A DNA stretch of 26,387 bases from a virus (lineage: Duplodnaviria; Caudoviricetes), in IMG/VR virus record IMGVR_UViG_3300005805_004238, positions 1 through 26,387 of that record; one strand, written 5' to 3'. Below, piece after piece: positions 1 to 8,529 of this stretch. Numbering within the stretch: the stretch's first letter is position 1; every line of letters begins with the position of its first letter. The notes beneath the pieces were generated by a model. The model made no database searches. It had not been told where the DNA came from and saw only the letters and a program-made list of their open reading frames with translations. The translations under genes were made by a program, and so were the position numbers.

Positions 1-42
1 GGGGGGCAGAATACAAAATAAAAAGAAAAAACAAGTAAACAG

Positions 43-72
43 TTGACAAGATACATAGAGACGATATAAACT
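43..72 (+). promoter_or_regulatory. sigma70/HrdB-type promoter, probably leaderless transcript
   Basis: TTGACA (43-48), 18-bp spacer, TAAACT (67-72); ATG at 79 is 7 nt after the -10; no SD. Confidence 0.6.
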
Positions 73-78
73 AGATAC

Positions 79-1089
79 ATGATAAAGAAACTGCTCCTCC
101 TACTTACACTAATATTCTCATTAATATCAATTCCAGCAAAAGCAACTACATGTGATAGACCATATCTACTCTCTTCTGCTGATCAAACAAAAAAAACAGG
201 TACTATTAATGTTCAAGTCTTATTTGTTAAATTTAGTGACTCTTCTAAGAAATCCAAGGGGTATACAAAAGAATGGATTAATGGATTAGATTTAAAAGAA
301 ATGAATAACTATGTAAAAGAAACTTCTTATGGTAAAGCAAAATTAAAATTTCATATTAACTACTCTTGGATAAATCTACCAAATAACTCATATAATTACG
401 GAATACAACAAATGACTGAAGAAGAAGAAAATGCTTATAGAGATGCAATAATTAATGCTAGTGCTTCAAAAGTAGACTATTCTAAAATAGATTCTATATG
501 GGCTATACCAGATCCAACTTTGTCAGGATACTACGTTGCCTTTAGAAAAGCAGCACAAGTTGCTGATAAAAAAATGATGATGGTAATGTATAACGAACAG
601 AACGCATACCTTGGAGTAAGTGAGATACTTCACACTATTGGATTAAGAGATCTATATTCAAATACAAGCGGTGGCTTTGGACCAGATGGTGGAATGACTC
701 AATTCTCTATCATGTCTCAATACTACGGAGGAACTAGTATTCTTGGATATGAAAAATATGCACTTGGTTGGCTAGGTGGAGATGACGTTATTTGTCAAGA
801 ATCAGGCTCTAGAACTGTCAAACTATCATCGCTTGATAGCAAAGGTACCAAATTAATCTTATTGCCTATAAATGCCCAAGAAATGCTTGCAATTGAATAT
901 CGCAAAAAAGAGAAGCGTGACAGATATCTCGGGGGTAGTGGAATATTGGTTTATCATATTGATAATTCTTTGATTAATACTGATAAAGGATCTCCAATAA
1001 ATCCTATATATTTTGGCAATAAAACAAATATAGACTATGCAGGTATAAATATAAAAATTCAGAAAAACAATATTACTGTAAGTAGATAA
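79..1089 (+). CDS. Secreted M6 (immune inhibitor A-like) metalloprotease-family protein with degenerate Zn motif
   Basis: Signal peptide MIKKLLLLL...PAKA; VLFVKFSD, SYGK, xExxHxxGLxDLY, Met-turn SIMS, EKYALGW, EYRK...GILVYHID; HExxH reads SEILH. Confidence 0.7.
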   Translation: MIKKLLLLLTLIFSLISIPAKATTCDRPYLLSSADQTKKTGTINVQVLFVKFSDSSKKSKGYTKEWINGLDLKEMNNYVKETSYGKAKLKFHINYSWINLPNNSYNYGIQQMTEEEENAYRDAIINASASKVDYSKIDSIWAIPDPTLSGYYVAFRKAAQVADKKMMMVMYNEQNAYLGVSEILHTIGLRDLYSNTSGGFGPDGGMTQFSIMSQYYGGTSILGYEKYALGWLGGDDVICQESGSRTVKLSSLDSKGTKLILLPINAQEMLAIEYRKKEKRDRYLGGSGILVYHIDNSLINTDKGSPINPIYFGNKTNIDYAGINIKIQKNNITVSR

Positions 1090-1710
1090 CTATTTAGATA
1101 TTTGATTAGTTTGTAAAATAATAGATGCTCTAGGGTTTGGGGTTACTACTTGATGTCCAGTAAAGGCTGGAACGTAGATAACATCCCCTGGTTCTAAAAT
1201 ATAAGAATCGTATGGTTCATTCTTAACTTCAAGTTGATCTACGTTTTCGTCTTTAAGGTTTGGGTAGATTCTCCATTCCATGATTCCTTCACAGTGCCAT
1301 GAAACAACATCGTGGTCATCTCTATGAACCCAATACTCTGACTCTCCACCAATAAGATTCATAATTGCTTTTAATTCAAATGCAGGGAAAAGGGGTTTAA
1401 AAAATTCAATAAGTTCTTTTGCTTCTATATCATTATTACCATATATTCCATCTTTATATTGAACTGCTTGAAAAATAACAGGATCCATTTTGGTATACAA
1501 CATTATGTTTGTTGCTCCATCTGATCCATCTGGCATCTTGCCTACAACCATATTTTCTCTTGGAACATAACTAGATTCCATATTAAAAGGATTATGAAAT
1601 TTCTTAGTCATTAAATTAAAAAAATCACTCCATTTAGGAGTATTAGGTAATAGATTTTTTTTAAAACAAATTGTTCCTTGTTCTCTTGCTTTTATAAAAT
1701 CATCAAGCAT
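1090..1710 (-). CDS. JmjC/cupin-4-like Fe(II)/2OG oxygenase
   Basis: HRDDHDV...HCEGIMEWRIY...LEPGDVIYVP...GHQV; start moved from 1770 to the ATG at 1710, which overlaps the upstream stop by 8 bp. Confidence 0.75.
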   Translation of the reverse strand: MLDDFIKAREQGTICFKKNLLPNTPKWSDFFNLMTKKFHNPFNMESSYVPRENMVVGKMPDGSDGATNIMLYTKMDPVIFQAVQYKDGIYGNNDIEAKELIEFFKPLFPAFELKAIMNLIGGESEYWVHRDDHDVVSWHCEGIMEWRIYPNLKDENVDQLEVKNEPYDSYILEPGDVIYVPAFTGHQVVTPNPRASIILQTNQISK

Positions 1711-2437
1711 TGACGTTGCTATCTCTACAGGTAAAGCAAACTTCAAAATATTCTCCACCACAAACTTCACACTTGTTAATTGGGATAATGTCTGGGTTTT
1801 GTTTTAATGGAAATGCCCAACTACCAATTCCTTCTTCTTCTAATTGTTTAAAATACTCAGGAGTTTTATAGTTATAAAATGTTCCAGGATTCTTTTCTGG
1901 TTTTAATGAGAAGTTAGAGAACACATATCGCTCACCACTAGTAGTAGGTTTAACTCCGTGTTCACAATCTGAAAGAGCACCATGAATTACTAAGTCTCCT
2001 GGGCGAACTGGAATTTCAACACCTTGTTTAGGGTAGTAAATCTCTCCACCTTCAAAGTCTCCAAAGTATGCACATACTCCCCATGATAATAAACAACATG
2101 TTGACCAAACATCTGGAATAGTTAATTCGTCAGCATGTTCTTCACCAGGTGAATCACAATGTGGATCCATGGTTGCACCAGTAGGATAATAAATCATATT
2201 TAGTGCAGGATGTATTACAAATTCTGGATATAAAAATTCTGAAATTTTATCCCATATAGGTTTAATTTCTTTCATCTCTGACATTGGCCAAAAGCCAACG
2301 TGTTCAAATGGGTGTCTGCTTCTTTTTACTTCTGCTGCTAATTCATTAATATGAGCAACTTCTTCGGGGGTAATAAAACCCTTATACCAAAAGATCTTAT
2401 CTGCTAATTTAGTTATATTTGGATCATCTGAGAACAT
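1703..2437 (-). CDS. 2OG-Fe(II) oxygenase, prolyl 4-hydroxylase-like, with C-terminal Cys4 motif
   Basis: HCD...DFEGGEIYYP...HGV...GERY; C-terminal CEVC-x7-CFTC. Confidence 0.85.
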   Translation of the reverse strand: MFSDDPNITKLADKIFWYKGFITPEEVAHINELAAEVKRSRHPFEHVGFWPMSEMKEIKPIWDKISEFLYPEFVIHPALNMIYYPTGATMDPHCDSPGEEHADELTIPDVWSTCCLLSWGVCAYFGDFEGGEIYYPKQGVEIPVRPGDLVIHGALSDCEHGVKPTTSGERYVFSNFSLKPEKNPGTFYNYKTPEYFKQLEEEGIGSWAFPLKQNPDIIPINKCEVCGGEYFEVCFTCRDSNVNA

Positions 2438-2443
2438 ATTATT

Positions 2444-2452
2444 ATTCTAGCA
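2444..2452 (-). promoter_or_regulatory. extended -10 promoter, leaderless
   Basis: Minus strand TGC-TAGAAT, 6 nt, then ATG at 2437. Confidence 0.6.
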
Positions 2453-2483
2453 TATCTTTAAAAATTTTGAGGGGGTATAAAAA

Positions 2484-2675
2484 TTACCATTTTCCTATTG
2501 GACAATAAGCACTATCTATTCTAGTCTTTATCTCCATAAAGCATCCACATTTCATACATTGTTTGGTCATATTAATCAAAAATTCACATTTATTGCATAT
2601 GTCCATACGATCTTTATAGATATCTTCACTTGTTCTTTTATTTTTATCAAATATATCCCAAGGTTTTGCATTCAT
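2484..2675 (-). CDS. Small Cys-rich protein (DUF6171-like)
   Basis: RxxICxxC...CxxCGCF..K......CPxxKW; upstream TTGACA-17-AATAAT-7-ATG. Confidence 0.7.
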   Translation of the reverse strand: MNAKPWDIFDKNKRTSEDIYKDRMDICNKCEFLINMTKQCMKCGCFMEIKTRIDSAYCPIGKW

Positions 2676-2773
2676 AGTTTATATTATTCCATACCCCCGA
2701 TATATTGTCAAAGGGGCATGTAATGCCATATATTGACTAGGATGGGGATGGTGGGGATTGTATACTTTCGCCG

Positions 2774-2871
2774 AAAAATAAGCGAGAGCCGCCAAGTGTG
2801 GTGTGTGGTGGTTTGACGGCCCTCTGGTCGCTAGACGGATTATGAACCCATATCCTGACGATGCTAGCGTT
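2774..2871 (-). ncRNA. Candidate ~100-nt structured small RNA
   Basis: TATAAT at 2882-2877; hairpin 2869-2829 begins at the predicted TSS; 12-bp stem 2824-2784 with two G-U pairs and 17-nt A/C-only loop; U-rich tail; GC-rich island in AT-rich DNA. Confidence 0.5.
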
Positions 2872-2898
2872 CTTATATTATACTATAATTTGTCGAAT

Positions 2899-3123
2899 TT
2901 ATTTTTCTGAGCCTATTAATTTATTTTCAACGAGTCTTTCTCGTTCATCTATAATTTTGAATGCCCATTCATTAATGCCCGACTCTACCTTGTTATAGTG
3001 ATGTCCGCAAAAAAGAAGTTCGCCGTTGACTCCAGTTGCTTTGACCCACGCTTGTGAACCACATCTATCGCATCGATCTAAAGCAGTTAACTCATACTTT
3101 ATATCTTGTTTAGTTTTAGTCAT
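2899..3123 (-). CDS. Small Zn-binding protein of actinobacterial type (DUF7455-like)
   Basis: LTALDRCDRCGSQA...GELLFCGHH...IDERERL. Confidence 0.75.
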   Translation of the reverse strand: MTKTKQDIKYELTALDRCDRCGSQAWVKATGVNGELLFCGHHYNKVESGINEWAFKIIDERERLVENKLIGSEK

Positions 3124-3130
3124 ATATACA

Positions 3131-3168
3131 ATTATAATGCTTTATTACTCATAAGTCAATGTTATAAT
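3131..3168. promoter_or_regulatory. Back-to-back divergent promoters
   Basis: Minus: TTGACT (3159-3154)-17-TATAAT (3136-3131)-7 nt-ATG 3123. Plus: TGT-TATAAT (3160-3168)-9 nt-ATG 3178. Confidence 0.7.
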
Positions 3169-3177
3169 TTTATTATC

Positions 3178-3489
3178 ATGGAGTTTAATCTTCTATCTAC
3201 CCTCGCCGAAACTTGGCAAATGTTAACCGTTATTGGTGTTGCTTTAAGCGTAGGCTATGCAATGGCCAGACGATTTGAAGGCTTATTAGGCAAAAATAAA
3301 AAAGGCGATACAGTAGTTGAAAGACTAGAAAAAATTGAAAGACAATTAATGCCAAACGGGGGTAGTTCAATGTCAGATAAAATTGACTACATCCGTAGAG
3401 ATCAAAATAAGATGAAGCAAGAGATGTCTAAAATCTCTGGAGAAATTGAAGTAATCAAAGACATAGTAATTAATATTGTAGATAAATAA
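3178..3489 (+). CDS. Single-TM coiled-coil membrane protein, possibly lysis-associated
   Basis: Hydrophobic helix MLTVIGVALSVGYAMA, PNGGSSMSD motif, heptad C-terminus; start moved from 3106 to 3178 based on the promoter. Confidence 0.55.
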   Translation: MEFNLLSTLAETWQMLTVIGVALSVGYAMARRFEGLLGKNKKGDTVVERLEKIERQLMPNGGSSMSDKIDYIRRDQNKMKQEMSKISGEIEVIKDIVINIVDK

Positions 3490-3491
3490 TT

Positions 3492-3528
3492 TGGTATAAT
3501 GAGAGTGAGGCTTCTGCCTCTTCAGGAG
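3492..3528 (+). promoter_or_regulatory. Extended -10 promoter, 5' hairpin and SD
   Basis: TGG-TATAAT (3492-3500); GAGGC-TTCT-GCCTC (3507-3520); AGGAG (3524-3528). Confidence 0.6.
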
Positions 3529-3533
3529 CACCT

Positions 3534-3881
3534 ATGACCCCAGGGCGTTTTAATTTTACTTGTCCACAAGGATCGACATTCAATCCTACACTCACCTGGA
3601 AAATAGATAATGCACCTGTTGATATTACTGGATATTCTGCAAGATTACAAGTTAGAGAAACTCACGATGCAGATGAGTATATTATAAATTTAACAAACTT
3701 AAATGGTGGAATTACATTAGGTGGTTCTGCAGGAACAATTGATTTATATATTAGTGCTTCAGATACATCTGCTGCACTACCTGGAGATCATGTTTATGAT
3801 TTAGAAATGATTTCTTCCAATAATACAGTTAGTAGATTAATTGAAGGAAGATTTAATATTACACCAGAGGTGACTAGATAG
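3534..3881 (+). CDS. Virion structural protein, Ig-like/BppU-N-like domain
   Basis: QGSTF...VDITGYSARLQVR...VYDLEM...RLIEGRFNITPEVT; paralog of 18374-18724. Confidence 0.6.
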   Translation: MTPGRFNFTCPQGSTFNPTLTWKIDNAPVDITGYSARLQVRETHDADEYIINLTNLNGGITLGGSAGTIDLYISASDTSAALPGDHVYDLEMISSNNTVSRLIEGRFNITPEVTR

Positions 3882-4327
3882 TGGCTGATGTAACAGTAGA
3901 AGTAGTTTTAACTCAAAGTGAAATAGCATTACAACAACAAACAGTAATAGTAGATTTAGGATACAGTGGTCCACAAGGTGTCAGAGGTAATTCTTTATTA
4001 AGTGGAAATGGTTTACCAACTTCTGGATTAGGAATTATTGGTGATCATTATATTGACAAAGACACAAACGAATTATACGGACCAAAAACACTAAGTGGCT
4101 GGGGAAGTCCAGTTGACTTAGTAACAAATCAAGAATTGGGATATGTTCACAATCAGCCTAGCCCTGCATTGACATGGACAATATCTCATGGTTTGGGTTT
4201 TACCCCAAACATAACAGTAGTAGATTCAGCAGGAACAGTCGTTGAGGGGTCATACGATTATCCGAATTCTAACACTGTAGTAGCAACCTTTTCAAGTGCA
4301 TTTTCTGGAAAGGCATATCTTTCATAA
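3881..4327 (+). CDS. Virion structural/fibre-associated protein
   Basis: GPQGVRG...G-x-P...GDHYID...; C-terminal ISHGLG..VVD domain; GTG start overlaps upstream stop. Confidence 0.55.
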   Translation: MADVTVEVVLTQSEIALQQQTVIVDLGYSGPQGVRGNSLLSGNGLPTSGLGIIGDHYIDKDTNELYGPKTLSGWGSPVDLVTNQELGYVHNQPSPALTWTISHGLGFTPNITVVDSAGTVVEGSYDYPNSNTVVATFSSAFSGKAYLS

Positions 4328-4347
4328 AAAGAGGAGGGAAAAAATAA

Positions 4348-5775
4348 ATGTCTAGAAAATTTTTAACAAATTTAGATCTTAATACTAATGAACTGTTAAA
4401 TGCCGTTATTCAAAATTTAGCCACAGATCCAGGTTCTGGAGAAGCAGGTCAAGTTTATTTTAACACAGCAGATCAAGTATTAAAAATTTACAATGGTACA
4501 GCAAGTGCATGGCAAGCAGTAGGTAGCGTTGAATATATTGGCGACACAGTTGCTAATTTATTACAAGACGGAGACGGAATCTTTTTAGATTACGATGATG
4601 CTAACGATACCTTAACAATCCACAACATTGGCGTTCGCAACATTGCAGGTACAGCAAATCAAATTGCTTTATCAGCAGCAAGTGGTAGCGTTACTGTAAG
4701 TCTTCCAGATGCAATCATTATTGGTGATACAACTACTGACGGTAGTTTAATTATTCAAGATGGTTCTGGAACAGACAAGATTGTTCTTAATTCTGCAGCA
4801 AGTGCATCATTTGATGTTAATACTACAATTGGTGGGGCCACAAACTCTACTTTAACAGTAAAAGACTCAAGTGCTTCTGCTAAATTTACAGTAGATCCAG
4901 CAGATAAAGTAACTTCTGAACTACCAGTACAAATCAATGATACAACCACAGGTTTTAAAATTGGAAGTACTGCACAAGTTTTGGAAGCAAATTCTACAGA
5001 ACTTGAAATTAATGTCTTTACAGACCTTAACAATAGTTTAGATGTACAGAATAACTTAACTGTAGGAGCATCTGCATATTTTGCTGATGACGTATCAGTA
5101 CAAGGTGACTTAAGCATTCAAGGTAACTTAAATGTTTTGGGAAATGTTAATGCAATTAGCACAACTGAAATTAATTTAGAAGATAATTCAATTCTTTTAA
5201 ATAGTACTTTGTCTGCTTCAGCAGCACCAAGTGTTGATGCATCACTTAAAGTAAATCGTGGATCTGAAGCAGATGTTGCAATTAGATGGAATGAATCATT
5301 AGATAAGTGGGAACTTACCAATGATGGTACAAACTACTACGACATCATTGCAACAGACACATTTACTGAAGATGTACAAGATGTAGTAGGAGGCCTTATT
5401 TCTGGAAGTAACTCACTACAAGTTACTTACACTGATGGGTCAGATTCATTAACACTTGATACAATTCTTCAAACTGCTTCACCATCTTACTTAGTTAAAG
5501 CAAGTGGACTAGCGGTAGACCTTCCTACTTTAGAAACTCAGTTAATTACTGATAGTTTCGCAAGAAAGGCTGCTGCAAACGTTGGAAACGGAAGTAACAC
5601 TTCCTTTGCAATAATTCACAACTTTAATACACAAGATGTTGTTGTAAACGTATACGATAATTCAACATATGAAACTGTTGAAGTAGATGTTGTCAGAACA
5701 AACGGTAATACCGTTACTGTCTCATTTGCTTCGGCACCTTCAAGCAACGCATATCGTGTTGTAATTGTTGGCTAA
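4348..5775 (+). CDS. Phage fibre-like structural protein
   Basis: P...GQVYFNT...LKIYNG..W motif, beta-spiral-like LTVG/GDLSIQGNL repeats, RWNESLDKWEL; SD AGGAGG. Confidence 0.65.
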   Translation: MSRKFLTNLDLNTNELLNAVIQNLATDPGSGEAGQVYFNTADQVLKIYNGTASAWQAVGSVEYIGDTVANLLQDGDGIFLDYDDANDTLTIHNIGVRNIAGTANQIALSAASGSVTVSLPDAIIIGDTTTDGSLIIQDGSGTDKIVLNSAASASFDVNTTIGGATNSTLTVKDSSASAKFTVDPADKVTSELPVQINDTTTGFKIGSTAQVLEANSTELEINVFTDLNNSLDVQNNLTVGASAYFADDVSVQGDLSIQGNLNVLGNVNAISTTEINLEDNSILLNSTLSASAAPSVDASLKVNRGSEADVAIRWNESLDKWELTNDGTNYYDIIATDTFTEDVQDVVGGLISGSNSLQVTYTDGSDSLTLDTILQTASPSYLVKASGLAVDLPTLETQLITDSFARKAAANVGNGSNTSFAIIHNFNTQDVVVNVYDNSTYETVEVDVVRTNGNTVTVSFASAPSSNAYRVVIVG

Positions 5776-5777
5776 AG

Positions 5778-5825
5778 TATAATACTAAGTGGGGATGCAG
5801 AAATGTGTCCCCACAAACCAAAGGA
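5778..5825 (+). promoter_or_regulatory. -10 element, GAAA-tetraloop 5' hairpin and SD
   Basis: TATAAT 5778-5783; 11-bp stem 5789-5799/5804-5814 with GAAA loop; AAGGA 5821-5825. Confidence 0.6.
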
Positions 5826-5830
5826 TTAAA

Positions 5831-8197
5831 ATGGCTAAGAAATTTTTAGTACCGCTAAGCGTAAATGGTTTAGCCTCTGACCCCGTAAGTGGGTCCGAGG
5901 GCGATCTTTACTTTAACACAATTTCTAAGTCATTAAAAATTTATAAAAATGGTGCATGGGAAGAAATTGGTGGTGGAGATAATTCTGCATCTATTATTGC
6001 TTACGTTGATCAGCAAATAGATGATACATATGATTTAATTTTTGAAGGCCAATATACAGATGATATTGAAGAAGGCGTAACTAATCTTTATTTTACAGAT
6101 CAAAGAGCAAGAGACGCTGTTGGAATGCCATCACAAACTGGCAATGCTGGTAAATACTTAACAACTAATGGAGCAAGTGCTTCATGGGGAACAGTAGATG
6201 CACTTCCATCACAAACTGGAAATTCTGGAAAATATTTAACAACCAATGGTGCAAGTCCGTCATGGGCAGAATTAGATTTAGTTGCAGGAATACAAGCAGC
6301 ATCTGCTGCAGCAACTGCAAGTGCTTTTATATATACAGATCAACAAATTGCTTTAGTAGAAAATGATCCAACTAATATTAGTTTTATAAGATGGAATAAA
6401 GTTATATCTGGTTCAGCAACAACAATATCTGGATTAGATGATGATAATGAAACATTAGATTATATATCTGGAATAGAACAAGTATTTATTAATGGTTCTT
6501 TTATAGATAGAGATTCTTATACCGCCACAAATGGCTCATCAATAACATTTGACGAACCACTAAATAACACAGATTTAGTAGAAGTTTTATGTTTAAAGAC
6601 AGCACAGGTAGTAACCCAAGAAGATTTAGCAACAAGTATTAGCAGATGGACTAAAACAATGTCTGCGTCTACATCTACAATATCAGGAGTAGATGATTAT
6701 AGTAATACATTAGATTATTCTATTGGATATACAACATTATACGTAAATGGTGTTTTAATTGATCCTTCTGAATATACCGCCACAAGTGGCAGTGCAATAG
6801 TTCTTGATACATCAGTAAAAGTTAATGATGTTGTAGAAGTACTATCTTATAGATCAGTAGGATATATTTGGGACTTTTATTCATTATTAAATAGTGCTTC
6901 AGTAGCCGCTACAGCAAGTGCAATATCTTACACAAATAATGCTTTAGAAAATATTGACTTAACTGCAACTATAATTACAGCCTCAGCAGCCGCTGCATCA
7001 TACACAGACTCAGAAATATCTTCACTTGAAGTATTCTCTACAATTGCAACAAGTCCAGCAACACAAACCATTCAAGGAGATTCTAACTCAGACACATTAA
7101 CCTTTATTGCTGGAGAAAATATTTCTATCACAGCAGCAAGTGCTTCAGATTCTATAACAATTAATTCAACAGGTAATTATACTAGTGTAGATTCTATTGC
7201 TTATCCTGATTATATTGTTTTTGACACTACCCCCGAAAATACCTCAGCCAGTGTTTCAACACTTGCGTGGGATAGTGGAGAATCAAATCTATCAGTACAA
7301 CTAAATGCAAATTTAAATGTTGGCATTGGTCAAGAAATTATAATTCTTGCTAACAATGGTGAAGCAACAACTTTAAATAAAGGTGAAGTAGTAAGACTAT
7401 CTGGTGCACAAGGTCAAAGACCTCAAGTAACAAGAGCATATAACTTAAATGATACTGGATCGGCACTAACCATAGGCATAGTAGCAGAAAATATTTCTGC
7501 GGGTGGAGAAGGATTTATTGTTACCCAAGGTATTGTAAAAAATATTAATACTGATGGATTTAATGAAGGAGATATATTATATTTATCTGCTAGTGCTGGA
7601 GTACTAACAACAGTAAAGCCACAAGCACCTAATCATTATGTATTTGTCGGGGTAGTAGTAAAGAAAAATTCTTCTTCAGGAAGAATATATGTAAAACCAC
7701 AAAATGGATATGAATTAGATGAACTACATGATGTAAGAATAACAAGTATTCAAAATGATGATTTAATTGTTTATAACTCTGCTTCTTCTATATGGATAAA
7801 TAGTCCTAAACAAGATATTATTAATACCGCCTCGGCTGCGGCTGTATCATATTTAGTAGACGGTGCACCTGCAGCATTAGATACCCTTAATGAATTAGCA
7901 GCAGCATTAGGTGATGATGAAAACTTTGCAACTACTGTAACTAATACTTTATCAACAAAACTTGACTCAAGTACAGCGTCAACAACATATTTGACTATTA
8001 CATCAGCGTCAGCAACCTATGAACCAGATATTCCATATGTATCAGCATCCCCATCTGGACCAACTGCTGGAACACTATGGATTGACTCTACAAATTCAGA
8101 AAAGCCTGCATTAAAAGTGTATAATGGAACTACATGGATTGCAGTATCAGGTGCCGCATCTGAATCTGGATTCCACCCATTTTTTGGAGCGTACTAA
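5831..8197 (+). CDS. Large modular tail/capsid fibre protein
   Basis: Start moved to 5831 (SD; MAKKFL parallels MSRKFL of upstream gene); repeated domains; APAALDTLNELAAALGDDENFATT tail-fibre motif; GTLWIDS...LKVYNGTTW; ends HPFFGAY. Confidence 0.7.
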   Translation: MAKKFLVPLSVNGLASDPVSGSEGDLYFNTISKSLKIYKNGAWEEIGGGDNSASIIAYVDQQIDDTYDLIFEGQYTDDIEEGVTNLYFTDQRARDAVGMPSQTGNAGKYLTTNGASASWGTVDALPSQTGNSGKYLTTNGASPSWAELDLVAGIQAASAAATASAFIYTDQQIALVENDPTNISFIRWNKVISGSATTISGLDDDNETLDYISGIEQVFINGSFIDRDSYTATNGSSITFDEPLNNTDLVEVLCLKTAQVVTQEDLATSISRWTKTMSASTSTISGVDDYSNTLDYSIGYTTLYVNGVLIDPSEYTATSGSAIVLDTSVKVNDVVEVLSYRSVGYIWDFYSLLNSASVAATASAISYTNNALENIDLTATIITASAAAASYTDSEISSLEVFSTIATSPATQTIQGDSNSDTLTFIAGENISITAASASDSITINSTGNYTSVDSIAYPDYIVFDTTPENTSASVSTLAWDSGESNLSVQLNANLNVGIGQEIIILANNGEATTLNKGEVVRLSGAQGQRPQVTRAYNLNDTGSALTIGIVAENISAGGEGFIVTQGIVKNINTDGFNEGDILYLSASAGVLTTVKPQAPNHYVFVGVVVKKNSSSGRIYVKPQNGYELDELHDVRITSIQNDDLIVYNSASSIWINSPKQDIINTASAAAVSYLVDGAPAALDTLNELAAALGDDENFATTVTNTLSTKLDSSTASTTYLTITSASATYEPDIPYVSASPSGPTAGTLWIDSTNSEKPALKVYNGTTWIAVSGAASESGFHPFFGAY
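6128..6265 (+). repeat. Two 78-bp-period coding repeats (PSQTGNxGKYLTTNGASxSW)
   Basis: Copies begin at 6128 and 6206. Confidence 0.85.
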
Positions 8198-8529
8198 TGC
8201 CTAACACTTATAAGTCACCTGCACAACTTGAGCCTGCAGCAAACACTCTTTCAACTTTATATACAGTTCCTTCAGATACTCAAGCCGTTGTTTCAAATAT
8301 TCATGCATGTAATATAGGAGGAACATCTGCATCAATTCGTGTTGCAATAAGACCAGATGGTGCTTCAATATCAGATATACATTATTTATTTTTTGGTTTA
8401 ACTATTACCGCAAATGACACAATTGAATTTGGACATGGAATTACTATGGATGCTACAGACGTTTTATCAGTGTGGTCATCTAGTGGTAGTGTTGTCTTCA
8501 ATCTTTCATATGCGGAGATAACTGAATAA
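8197..8529 (+). CDS. Small beta-rich structural adaptor-like protein
   Basis: 110 aa; TLYTVP..TQA...CN...RxAxRPxGA; paralog of 11417-11749; TAATG coupling. Confidence 0.55.
   Translation: MPNTYKSPAQLEPAANTLSTLYTVPSDTQAVVSNIHACNIGGTSASIRVAIRPDGASISDIHYLFFGLTITANDTIEFGHGITMDATDVLSVWSSSGSVVFNLSYAEITE

Noticed and set aside
2700-2766. GGCAT-gta-ATGCC palindrome, repeated ATATATTG and a + strand TTGACT/TATACT pair
   Set aside because: Too short to be significant; the 22-bp spacer is wrong for a promoter
2774-2871. tRNA or known riboswitch
   Set aside because: No cloverleaf or T-loop consensus and no aptamer I recognise; kept only as a candidate ncRNA
1711-5830. ORF-track starts at 1770, 3106 and 5789
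   Set aside because: Downstream ATGs (1710, 3178, 5831) fit overlaps, promoters, SD and paralog N-termini better
4755-6366. Nested ORFs at 4755-5117, 5118-5321 and 6184-6366
   Set aside because: Fully inside long, motif-bearing + strand genes
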